From assembly GCA_951406725.2 (NCBI GenBank), contig OX597817.1, positions 154,938,001 to 155,002,000 on the forward strand: 64,000 nt of DNA, in the 5' to 3' direction. The stretch is from Octopus vulgaris. Its lineage: Eukaryota. Below the pieces are notes generated by a model. The model was not told the origin of the DNA. It ran no database searches and worked only from the letters and a program-made list of their open reading frames with translations. Positions 12,844 through 25,093 of the stretch are shown one piece after another (within the stretch, counting starts at the first letter, position 1; the number at the start of each line of letters is the position of its first letter). The translations under genes and the position numbers were made by a program.

Positions 12844-13206
12844 CATGAAGGCACATGGCTTAGTGGTTAGGGCATTCCACTCATGATCATAAGGTTGTGA
12901 TTTCAATTCCCGATGGTGCATTGTGTCCTTGAGCAATACACTTTATTTCACGTTGCTCCAGTCCACTCAGCTAGCAAAAAGGTGTAGTGCTTGTATTTGA
13001 AAGAGCCAGCCTTGTCACACTCTGTGTCACGCTGAATCTCCCTGAAACTATGTTAAGGGTACACGTGTCTGTGGAGTGCTCAGCCACTTGCATGTTAAGT
13101 TCAGGGGCAAGCTGTTCCGTTAATGATCGTATCAGCTGGGGCCCTCATCGTCATAACTGACAGTGCTCCTGTACGTATGTATCTGTCTCTCTCTCTCTCT
13201 CTCTCT

Positions 13207-13279
<73 letters not shown>

Positions 13280-13851
13280 CACATATATACAACTTACACC
13301 ATGTACAAACGAGCCAATAAAGGAATCTCCAAGTGGTCATGTGATTGCTTGACCTGCTAGAAACAGTTGCCAAATCTTGCTCAAATCATACCCTAGCCTC
13401 ATAAAAGAAGCAAGTGTTGGATAATGTAGTCATAGTTACTAATGGTGACGTCATAGAGTACCGGGGCTAACTAACAACAACATGACATAATATTAGTCGT
13501 TTGTGAATAATTCAAATGTTAATTAATTAAAATTTCAGAGTTGTCATCTTTGCCTTGACGAGATTTGTATAACATCTGATTCAATGTTATAATTAATTGA
13601 TATTTTTTATTCACCATATGTTAGCACTCACTTGAATGCATGAATATATACACATGCAAGCACACACACACACACACACACATGCACAAAGCAAATATAA
13701 AATGTGGGTGTATATGTGTAACCCAGTTTTCCTACATATTGCGTTTTATCTTCAAATTGCACCCCATACCCCGCAATCTCTCTCTTGCATCCACACTAAA
13801 TATGTGTTTGTGCATAGTTTATATCTATCTATCTATCTATCTATCTATATA

Positions 13852-13891
<40 letters not shown>

Positions 13892-13969
13892 AGAGAGAGA
13901 GAATTTGTATAACGTATATGCATAATATAAATGAGTGTGTGTGTTTGTGTGTATATATACATATATATA

Positions 13970-14434
13970 TATAAAATTAGTGTACTTTTAAACGCAAAAG
14001 TGGTAACCCTTAACAGGCAGCCTTCTTGTGTGGTGAATTTGAAAGATTATAATATATAATGATGAGACACTTGTTATTCTGTCTCTAAATTATGTTAATG
14101 TTTTGGCATAGCCACTGATGAGAATTTCGCCTAGCAAATTATTTTATTTGCTAATTAGAATTCAAAACCTAGGTATGGCTGTGAAAAAAAAAAAAAAAAA
14201 AAAAAAACAACAAGGTAGAAGTTTTTATTTTTCATTCCCTTCGAAATTGCTCTTAAATGTGGTTTTGGTCATTTTGACTGCTCCTTCTAGCATGTAAGGC
14301 TGCCTGTTAAGGGTTGCCTCTTTTGTGTTTAAATGTATGCTAATTTTATATGGAGAATATGTTGTCCATTAACTTTTATACATGCTAGGCCACTGGTAGT
14401 GAAAATTTCTAAAATTTCATTACCCTATATTTTA
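13970..14434. mobile_element. Penelope-like/retrozyme-like short element in (TA)n
   Basis: (TA)n flanks. 49/55-nt inverted repeat at 13970-14024 vs 14296-14350 encloses a hammerhead fold and an A-tract. Confidence 0.6.
14107..14183 (+). ncRNA. Type I hammerhead fold with G12A
   Basis: 8-bp stem I CATAGCCA/TGGCTGTG. Core CTGATGA. Stem II GAATT/AATTC enclosing a TAGCAAAT/ATTTGCTA hairpin. AAAA, then palindromic ACCTAGGT with GUA triplet. Confidence 0.75.
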
Positions 14435-14482
14435 TATATATATAAAAAAACAAGTCAAAATAGAAAATAATTTTATAGTGAA

Positions 14483-14530
14483 CATTTCAGTACCGGTTTC
14501 GGTCATTTTGAGACCTTTTCAACTGTAACG
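14483..14530 (-). ncRNA. Minimal type I hammerhead with U3-A8 covariant core
   Basis: Minus strand reads CGTTACAG-TTGAAAA-GGTC-TCAAAAT-GACC-GAAA-CCGG-TA-CTGAAATG. Confidence 0.72.
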
Positions 14531-14949
14531 ATTAAATAATTAAATTTAGAAAAATTAGAAGAAAAGTTTTTTTAAAGGAATATTTCTATAGTAGTGTTCA
14601 GATATAAGTGGCATTCTGCCTTTCTCTGACTCCCTTGTTTGCACTTGTGTGTTCTATATATATATATATAGTGGAAAATCAAGGTAAACAGTTTGAATAT
14701 TTAGTCCCTGTGTGCATTACACCATTTCAGTTCCAAGTGCATCTGGATGCCCAACTACAATGGGTCATCAGAGTAACATTTTATTGCAATCTGTTGTAAA
14801 GATTTAATATCTAAAGTTAGGCACATCTTTTATACACTGACTCAGACATCACCAGTTTCTTGAACATTGGAAAGTCTGCTTTCAGATGGATGGTAGGTAA
14901 GAGAAATAGATATAAGTCCTGTTTGATGAGAGAGCAGTTTATGTCTAAC

Positions 14950-15560
14950 TATGTTATATGGTTCAAGCACTGAATGAACAAGCTCAAGCACCTTGAGAAA
15001 CATTGTCTTGTAGTTTTTCTTTAACAGAAAGAACTTGACCAAGACCGAAGGTGATCAGAAGGAGTGACAGAGGCCCCTGCACAAATCCTGCAAAGATGCT
15101 CACAACATTGTATACTAAATTGCTGCTGTCTCCTCTGATGTTCCTGGTACAACAAGGGTCATCTCATGTCTCACTTCTTCCTGCAGACTTTAGGGTTAAT
15201 GCCACCATCTGGACCAAGGGGACGTCCCAGGGAGGGTTTACTTGTTTCTACAGGACTCTGCTCCGTTCCACATAGCCTGCGCTATTTAACTGGTTGAGAA
15301 CTTTTGCAATCATGTGACATGTGCCCCCTAACATGTGGCCACCTGACTCTCCTGATATGAAGCCTCTGAATTGCTACGACATGTAGAGTCACCAGAGGAA
15401 GGAATGTGACTCCCTATGATTCTAAAAACTTGTTAGGAGTTGCCATTGTGGGTCTGCTGGTCTGTACGAGTAGGAGTTATATGATCATAGCATGCTATTG
15501 CTTCCATTGTCATAAGAGCTGTCATTAATTAGGCTGAGGGAAGTTTTGTTCAATTACTAG
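14950..15560 (+). pseudogene. Highly decayed Tc1/mariner transposase remnant, DD37D/maT-like
   Basis: Fragments KVIRRSDR...TK...DFRVNA, FLQDSAPFH and MWPPDSPDMKPLNCY, which resemble WPPNSPDLNPLDY. Boundaries are approximate. Confidence 0.7.
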
Positions 15561-16127
15561 TTCTTCTGATGTGTGCATTGTTATTCTGGGTACAAATACT
15601 CTTTACTCTTTTACTTGTTTCAGTCATTTGACTGTAGCCATGCTGGAGCACTGCCTTTAGTTAAGCAAATTGGCCCCAGGACTTATTCTTTGTAAGCTTA
15701 GTACTTATTCTATCGGTCACTTTTGCCAAGCCGCTAAGTTACAGGGACGTAAACACACCAGCATCGGTTGTCAAGCAATATTGGGGGGGACAAACACAGA
15801 CACACAAACATATACACACACACATACATACATACATACACACACATATATACACACACATATACGATGGGCTTTCAGTTTCTGTCTACCAAATCCACTC
15901 ACAAGGCTTTGCTCGACCCAAGGCTATAGTAGAAGGCACTTGCCCAAGGTGCCATGCAGTGGAGCTGAACCCGGAACCATGTGTTTGATAAACATGCTAC
16001 TTATCACACAGCCACTCCTATGCCTGTGCATTGTTATTCTTGATCCAAATGTTTTCTTTTACTGTTTGGAATTTTTGTTTTCCTTTGTGCTTTGTGTTGT
16101 TCTTGGTTGTTTAGTGCATCCTATATG

Positions 16128-17459
16128 CAGGGGTTGGACAAAATAATGGAAACACCATAAAATTTCAAACAAATTTATTTTTATATGGGGTAGGACCGCC
16201 TTTGGTAGTAACTGCAGCTTTTATTTCTACGAGGTATGGACTCGTATGAAGTTTCAATTGTTTCCAAAGGAATTTTTGTCAATTCTTCAGCTAAAACAGT
16301 CTCCATTTCTTGTAGTGATGAAGGTGGAGGATATTGACTTGTTACTTGTTTTTCTAAAATGCGCCATAAATGTTTAATTATATTGAAATCTGGAGACTGT
16401 GGCAGTCAGATAAGATGTTCAACTTCACTAGAACGTTCCTCATGCCATTCAGTAACAACTTTAGCTGTGTGAATTGGTGCATTATCATCCTGAAAGATTG
16501 CTTTTCCTTTCGGAAACAGTTCCGCAACCATAGGATGAATTTCATCAGATAAAATGCTTAAATCATCATCATCATCATCATCATTGTTTAACGTCCGTTT
16601 TCCATGCTAGCATGGGTTGGACTAAAATAGTCCTGACTATTAATTCTGCTATGAAGGGAAACCATTGGGCTGGCGGATTTCCAAGATATAGCCCCCTCCC
16701 CCCCACCGATCATCACAGATCCTCCTCCATGTTTAACAGTTGGAAGAAGGCAGTCTGGGTCAAATGCTTCTTTTGGCTATCTCCACATGCATATTCAGCC
16801 AGTGGTCGGAAATAAGGTAAAGGAAGACTTGTCCAAGAAAAGCACAAAATGAATGCATTCTTCCACTGCTCTAGGGACCCTGTAAGTTTTTACTCCACTC
16901 TAAATGCTTTGCAACATTTATTTTTGAAAGTAGAGGTTTTCTGATTGCAGCCCTCCTGTGAAATCCAGCGGACAGTTTTTGTGGAAACTGGGTTCTTGAG
17001 GTGGTCATAAAGTTCTTCAGTAATTTTGGGAGCTGTACTTTTGTGATATCTTTTAACAATTTACGTAAGAGTCCGATGGTCCCTATCTGAAAGTTTTGGC
17101 TTTCTTCCAGAGTTTTGTTTTGATGAGGAGGTTTTCCCTCTTTCTCAAAGGCTGTCATTACCTTCGAGACAGTACTTCTTGATACACCAAACATTTCAGC
17201 TGATTTCATTATGCTAGCACTTACCATACGAGCACCAACTATTAGACCTATTTGAAAGTCCGATAGATCTGTCATTTGAATGAATTTTAATTACCTTTTT
17301 CTGATGACATCTGAAAAGAAACAGCAATTTTAGCAAAACATATTAAGCAACACTAATAATAAATCAAAAAGCAATAAACAAGGTTTTGATGGTTTTATAG
17401 ATATTTCAAAATTGTGATGTTATGATGCCAGATGTTTCCATTATTTTGTCCAACCCCTG
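16128..17459 (-). mobile_element. Decayed Tc1-family DNA transposon with transposase pseudogene
   Basis: 27-bp TIR CAGGGGTTGGACAAAATAATGGAAACA at both ends, TA at the right end. Minus-strand remnants: MTDLSDFQIGLIVGAR...GVSRSTVSKV, PTVKHGGGSVM, FQDDNAPIHTAK, PQSPDFNIIKHLW. Has stops, frameshifts and a SINE tail inserted at about 16562-16622. Confidence 0.93.
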
Positions 17460-17523
17460 TATGTATGTATGTATGTATGTATGTATGTGTGTGTGTGTAT
17501 ATATATATACACACACACACACA

Positions 17524-17736
17524 TATGATAGGATGCTGAAATGTTCCTGGTTCTGGGTAAAAGAAGAATCAGTTAATTATGATTTTATTCAACATATTCT
17601 CCTCTTAGATTCACACACTTATTGCAGTGGTCCCTTCAGTTTTTCTAAGCCCTGTAAAAGAACTCATTAGGTTGGGCCTCCAACCAGACCTTTCATGATA
17701 CCCTTAAAGCCAGGAACTTTTCAGTCCCTTCTCGTA
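17524..17736. mobile_element. Mariner-derived MITE
   Basis: Imperfect TIRs TATGATAGGATGCTGAAATGTTCCTGG and CCAGGAACTTTTCAGTCCCTTCTCGTA with TA ends. Confidence 0.65.
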
Positions 17737-20700
17737 TGTGCACATGTGTGTGTTTGACCTGTGCAGTGTAGTAACATCTGGCTGTAGTAAGTGCCTCTCT
17801 GTGGGATGTAGTAATGAAGTAGCTGCAACTATAACGGTATTGTCAATTGTGTGGTAGTTAAGACAGTAATATTTTGTTGCCAGATGGATTGGTGGTAATG
17901 ATGGTGACAGTGGAGGTACATGGCCTAGTGGTTAGAGCAGCAGACCCACAGTCGAGGGATCGCGGGTTCGAATCTTAGACCGGGCGATGTGTGTGTTTAT
18001 GAGTGAAACACCTCAGCTCCACACGGCTCCAGCAGAAGGTAATGGCAAACTTCTGCCGACTCTTTCACCACAACTTTCTCTCACTCTTTCCTCCTGCATC
18101 TTGCAGGTCACCTGCGACGGACCGGCGTCCCGTCTAGGTGGAGAACCTATACGCCAAGGAAACGAGGAAACCAACCCTTATGAGCCAGGCATGGCTCGAG
18201 AAGGAACAAAAGAAAGAAAGAAGAATGACAGTGATGGTGGTGGCTGACACTGTCTTAGTTGTAGTATAGATCTCAGTGACAGGAGTAGAGCTAGTCGTCA
18301 TAATATTACTAACTTAGTTGTGTTTACATGAGGTATTGTAATGTTTAAATTGGTACAGTTCTTCAGACTCTGGAGAAGTATATAGTCAATTTAAATGGCC
18401 TGAGGACTTTTATTTCATGGGCCTGAAACAGTCAAAAAGTAAAGTTGAATCCGAAGTGCCAGTCTTCAGTGATATCAATGTGCTAATGCTAATCTATAAT
18501 ATTATCCTACTTGTCACAATATATATATGAGTGTTATGCTTCAAACAACCTTAACTATCGAATGAGTTGAGAGTGGGAGAGCAAGAGAGAAAGATGACAT
18601 GTGAATATGTAAGATGTATTTTAAGGCTAAATGATAATTCCATTTACGTTTTGTAACAGATATTTTGGTTGGATTATATTGTCATTGGTGTTACATTACT
18701 TTCTATATTCTATAACTGTCGCAATATACTTTTCTAGGATTGGATTTTTTGGGGTGGGGGCAGTTGATTAGTTCGACCCCAGTACACAACTGATACTTAA
18801 TTTATTGACCCTGAAAAGACGAAAGACAAAGTTGATCTTGGCAGAATTTGAACTCATACATAAACACACACACACACACACACAATTTTCTAGGAGAAAA
18901 TTATAAATATATAAGTTTTTGCTTTTATAGTGACCACCCTGTAGTTTTAGTTATATAAGCTTCCTACAATTTTGCAATTTTAAAATAACTAGAATTTCCG
19001 CAGATGCTAAAGAACTACAACATTAATGATAATGGTTTCAAATTTTGGCACCAGGCCAACAGGTTTGGGAGAGACGTCAATTACATCAACCCCTGTGTTC
19101 AACTGGTATTTATTTTATCAGCCCCAAAAGGATAATAGGCAAAGTAAACCTTGGTGGAATTTGAACTCAGAATGTAAAGACAGATGAAATGCCACTAAGC
19201 ATTTTGCCTGGCATCCAAACAATTCTACCAGGTCACCACCTTTGGTAACATTAATGATAATAATAATCCCTTCTACTATAGACACAAGGTCTAAAATTTG
19301 GGGAAGGGCTAATTGATTATATCATTCCCAGTGTTCAACTGGTTATTTTATCAACCCAGAAAGGACAGAAGTTGACTTCAGCAGAATTTGAACTCGGAAC
19401 AGAAAACCAGAAGAAATGCTGCTAAGTATTTCATCTGGCGTGCTAATGATTCTGCCAGCTCACTGCCTTTATCATCATCATCATCGTCATCATTTAGCGT
19501 CCGCTTTCCATGCTAGCATGGGTTGGACGGTTCAACTGGGGTCTGTGAAGCCAGAAGGCTGCACCAGGCCCAGTCTGATCTGGCAGTGTTTCTATGGCTG
19601 GATGCCCTTCCTAACGCCAACCACTCCGTGAGTGTAGTAGGTGCTTTTTACGTGCCACCCGCACAGGTGCCAGACGGAGCTGGCAAACGGCCATGGACGG
19701 ATGGTGCTTTTTACATGGCCAGGCGAGGCTGGTAACGGACACAAACGGATGGTGCTTTTACGTGCCACCAGCACGGAGGCCAGTCGGGGCGGTGCTGGCA
19801 ACGGCCACGATCGGATGGTTCGCTTACTTTGTTTAATAATAATGATAACTGAAAGTCTGGTCAATTTATGGAAGTGGCTGGAAACAGCTCAGATGAAAGC
19901 AGGTGCTGTTGGTGATAAATTGCCTCTGCATATGGATGAGAGAGAGAAACTATAAAAACTGCCTCCCGTTATTACAACCATAACCTAGACCTATTTCATT
20001 CCCACCGCTAAACTGTAACAACAGCTCAACCCTAATACCTACTATAATACCACAACACTGTCTCTTGACCTTAAAGTAGGGATTTGAACACTTGGTATAT
20101 TTATGTTATATAACTGTGTCATACTTCCCTGTAAAGTGTAGCAAGTGCAACTTTGTGTGTAGCTGAGTGCATATTCCAGTTTCTGTGTGTGTTGTGGTAT
20201 TTTAGCATTAAATGAACTCTGATTGAACTGACCTCTGACCAAAGGTGCACCAGCCATGACCATTTGATCTTTTTATTTATTTATTTTTTTTATTTTGACT
20301 TCAGTATAAGGAGCAACTTGGACTATGTTCTTTCATTTGTAAGACAGTAGGGTGTGGCTTGAAAATTTGGTTACTATTGGTTGTCAGTTGAACGACAATG
20401 TAACAACTTCCTCGCTGGTTTGTTTGTGTTTCGGTCGTATCCACCAAGATATTCAAGTGTGTGCATATGTGTGTGTGTGTGTGTGTGTGCATGTGTGCTA
20501 TTATTGGATTCAATATGTAGGTGTTTAATTACGCGTACATGTCTGGATAGTATATATGTCTATGTGCATGTCTTGGTTGTTGTATTTGTATCAGCTTAGT
20601 TGTATGTATGTTATGTATGTATGTTATTTCTTTATTGCCCACAAGGGGCTAAACATAGAGGGGACAAACAAGGACAGACAAACGGATTAAGTCGATTACA

Positions 20701-21359
20701 TCGACCCCAGTGCATAACTGGTACTTAATTTACCGACCCTGAAAAGATGAAAAGCAAAGTCGACCTCAGCGGAATTTGAACTCAGAACGTATTGACGGAC
20801 GAAATATCATAAAGCATTTTGACCGGCCTGCTAACGATTCTTATTTCTTTATTGCCCACAAGGGGTTAAACATAGAGGGGACAAACAAGGACAGACAAAG
20901 AGATTAAGTCGATTACATCGACCCCAGTGCATAACTGGTACTTAATTTATCGACCCCGAAAGGATGAAAGGCAAAGTCAACCTTGGCAGAATTTGAACTC
21001 AACATAACGGCAGGTGAAATACCTATTTCTTTATTACCCACAAGGGGCTAAACACAGAGGGGACAAACAAGGACAGACATAGGTATTAAGTCGATTACAT
21101 CGACCCCAGTACGTAACTGGTACTTAATTTATCGACCCCGAAAGGATGAACGGCAAAGTCGACCTCGGCAGAATTTGAACTCAGAATGTAACGGCAGACG
21201 AAATACCGCTAAGCATTTCGCCCGGCGTGCTAACGTTTCTGCCAGCTCACCGCCTTCTGTATGTATGTATGTATGTATGTATGTATTTATCTGTTTGGTT
21301 TCATAGGTGTGAGTGTGTATGTGTGTGTATGTACTTATGGATATGTGTCTATGTGTATG

Positions 21360-23140
21360 TCTCTCTCTATTTGTCCCTCTCATTTCCTGTTTCTCTCCAC
21401 TCTTTCTCTCTCTATCTCTCCCTACCTCTGTTTACGCTCTGTTCCTCTTCTCCTCATTCTTCAGGCCCCTTCTTTCTTTCTCCCCCTCTCTCTCACTACA
21501 CTTCCCCACTGCCCCCAGCTCTTCTTTATAGCTCCTTACTCTCACTTTTATACTCCCTTAATATGTTTCTTATACTGGACTTTCTCCCTTATAGCTCCTT
21601 ACTCTTTCCTTTGTAACTTTTACAGTACCTTACTTTATGTTATCTAACAACTCCTATCTCTCTCTCTCTCTCTAATAGCTCCTGACTCTCCTCTCTTTTC
21701 AATAGCTCCTTACTCTCCACTTTGTACTTTCAACTCTCCACCTTTTTTCTTACTCTCCTCCTTATAGCTCTTGATTGCTTCCCTTATAGCTCCTTACTTT
21801 TTCCCCACACATCTCCTGATTCTCCTTTATAGTTTCTTCTAATAGCTTCCTGCTATCATTTTTAAATTCTTGTTATATTCTCTCTCTCTTTCTCAAAATC
21901 TCATTACTCTCCTCTTAGAGCATTTATTATAACTCCTTATACTTCTTACTCCTCTCTCTAGCTTGACTCTCCTTATACCTTCCTACTCTCACACATACTT
22001 CCTCACTCATATGCTCTCTCTCTCTTTCTCCAACATCTATCTACTTTCATCTCTTCATTCTTTTCTAAGTCATTCCACTCTCCTTACTCTCCTTACATTC
22101 TTATTTTCCTTTCATACTTGCTTACCCACCCATAGCCTTTTTTTAATCTCCTAATATTCTTGCTTTTTCTAACTACATTCTTTCTCTTTGTCTTCTTTCA
22201 ATTTCTTGCTCTTCACCCTTCATCTTCTTGCTCTCCACATTCACCTTCTTACTCTCCACCCATTATGTCCTTGCTCTCGAGCCACTACCTCCTTGCTCTT
22301 CACCCGCTACCTTATTCTCCACTCATTACTTCCTTGCTCTCCACTCTCTACCACCTTGATCTCCACCTATACTTCCTTGCTCTCCACCCACTATCTCCTT
22401 ATTCTCCACTAATTGCTTCCGTGTTCTCCACCTGCTGCCTCCTTGCTCTCCATCCGCTATCTCCTTGCTCTCTACCTGTTACCTCTTTGTTCTTCACATT
22501 TCATCTCCTTGTTACTTTCTTGCTCTCCACCTGTCATGTTTACCTCCTTACTTACCACAGTTTGCTCCCTTGCTCTCCATCATTTACCTCTTTGCTCTTC
22601 AACCTTTACTTCTTTGGTTTTCATCCTTTATTTCTATGCTCTCCACTCTCTACTCTTTACATTCTTGCTCTCCATCTTTTACTTCCCCTCTTTACCTCCC
22701 TGCTCCACTCTTTACCTTTTTGCTCTCCCAATCTTTCCTCTCTAACTTACCTCCTTGCTCTCCTTTTACATGCTTACTTGCCATCTTGTCTTTGCTTCAC
22801 ATTTTTGTCCTCCAGCTTTCACATTCTTGCTTCTTCTTGTCTTGTTTTCCACTATTTATATGCTCACTTTTTATCTTCTTGCTCTCCTTCATTTTCTTTC
22901 TCTACTCTTTTTACATCCTTACTTTCTTGCTCTTTCCTTGTCACATTCCTGCTCTCCTTCAACCTTGCTTTTCACTTTTTTTTAAATTCTTAATCCTCCA
23001 CCTTTCTTGCTGTTGTCTACTTCACCTCTTCTTTCCTTTTCACTTTCTATTCACCCTGTCTATCACTTGCCAACATATTTGGTTCTCTACACCACTTCCT
23101 TACTTTCCACTCCCTATACTTTAAACTTGCGGGGAAACTC
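21360..23140. repeat. Pyrimidine-rich degenerate minisatellite/low-complexity tract of about 1.8 kb
   Basis: Recurrent ATAGCTCCTTACTCT and CTCCTTGCTCTCCAC motifs with strong C/T bias on the + strand. Confidence 0.85.
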
Positions 23141-23154
23141 TGTGCTCACTTTAA

Positions 23155-23375
23155 CCCCTTTGTTACCATATTCTGTTGAGATACTCTGTGTTTCTTACTA
23201 TTAATTTTATATATAACAAAGAATTTAGTAAAATAACTTAGTTATCATTCAGCTAGTGTTAGGAACATAAATTGTGACTAAGGTTAGGTGGAAGATTTTA
23301 ATTTAGAACTTTTGAAAACAAGACATTTGTACTACAGAGCCAGAGGTAGTTTCAGCCGGGATGGTATCGAAAGGG
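23155..23375. mobile_element. TTAA-TSD piggyBac-like MITE
   Basis: TTAA|CCC...GGG|TTAA. Homologous to the copies at 39492 and 48758. Confidence 0.8.
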
Positions 23376-24596
23376 TTAAGTGAGTGGTCTTTAAAAACCT
23401 TACCTTAACACACACCCATAATACAAACATACACATATACACACCTCATAACACTACAAGATAATTAAGTACTTTGTTAATAACTTGGTGAGCTGTTGAT
23501 TACAGCAGTTTGACACCCATTTTACACCTCAGTGGGTTGAGTCTTCTGAGAATTAGACACATGAATAACTTCACACACACACATGCACAGTTAAAAGAGA
23601 AAAGGCTGATCAGGGCTTCTGTTGAGGGAAGGAGGAAGTTATTCTCAGATCTGAGACCAGATGCTTACTATGAAGTACAATCAACTCAGCCAGCTTCTAT
23701 AGTTTCCATAGACCCAGTTTTATGCTTAAGGTGTAGGTAAACCTAAACCTAAAAATACACAGAAAAACCATGATGCCATGCAATGGAATTGAACTTGGGA
23801 CTTCATGGTTATAAAGCAAACTTCTTAACCATCTGACCATTGTGTTCTTACGACCTTATATATATATATATATACATAGTATAATATACACAAATACTGT
23901 ATATAATTTATGAAATCATCTAACATCCAGACCCTTTAAAATGTTATCTTTCATGCAAAAATTATCAAAATGTAGATGTTTTAATAATTTCCATATGCGT
24001 AATAACAAGCTGTGGTAAACTTCGCTTTGATGGCTGTATGTATGTGCAAAGAATAGCTGGCCTGGCTACATAAATGGCAAACATTGTATACAGCAAAGAA
24101 GAGTAGGAACAATGTAAGGGAAAATTGACAACAGATGATAAATACAAAAATATTAGTTATCAGAGCCAAATAATGTTTGTTTCAGTAGATACCATGCTAT
24201 AGGGGAGGGCAAGAAGGGGAAGGCAGAGAAAAATACACAGAAAAACCAGTCAAATTTTAAGTGAAGGATTGATGCAAGTACTTGAATATATTATAAAAGT
24301 TTTTCTAAAAGAACTGACGTCACTTTATGAATGAAAATTTCCAAAGGAGTGGCAATCATCGGGCTGTATTGTAACAACATCCTTCTTTTACTTGATGCAG
24401 TTCAGCTGATTGTATTTGTGTATAGGCATGGCTGTATGGTTAAGACGTTTGCTCCCCACCCTCATGGCTCTGGGTTCAATTTCGTTGCATGGTACCTTAG
24501 CCCAAGATCAACAAAAGCCTTGTGATGAGGGTTAGTAGACAGGAACTGAATGAAGCCTTGTCATATATACATAAATAAATATATATATATATATAT

Positions 24597-24933
24597 AAAC
24601 CAGCTTAGAGAAGAAGAAGAAACGAAACAAAACGAATCGAATCGAATCGACGCGAGGGCGCTCAGTCATACAATAATGTAATAAATAAAATATATGCATA
24701 CATACAAACATATATGTACGTACCTACATCTACATGTATATATACATGCATATATAAATATATATACGTGTGTACAGAACACCACAAATAAACGTAGAAC
24801 TCAACGAAAAAGTAAAAACAGCATGGAACGGACCATTTTTTTAACAACGAAAAAACAGAGTACAAGACAACTACACAAGGAAAAAATCCCCTTCATCAGC
24901 TGTCCCTAGTTCAACTCTAGCGTGTTTCGAAGG
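24597..24933 (-). mobile_element. Short dispersed element in (TA)n with hammerhead-like core remnants
   Basis: Similar to 10483-10692. Minus strand has CGAAAC...GGACAG-CTGATGA-AGGGGA/TTCCTT. (TA)n on both sides. Confidence 0.55.
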
Positions 24934-24969
<36 letters not shown>

Positions 24970-25059
24970 ACAAGGCTTTCATATACATATAGAGTAGTTT
25001 CAAGGGGGTACCCAGCATGATTACAGTCAAAATTGACTGATACAAGTAAAAGGTAACAG

Positions 25060-25093
<34 letters not shown>

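Noticed and set aside
22160-23124. Long ORFs of 277 and 219 aa
   Set aside because: L/S/P/F-rich translations of a pyrimidine tract that lacks stops by composition.
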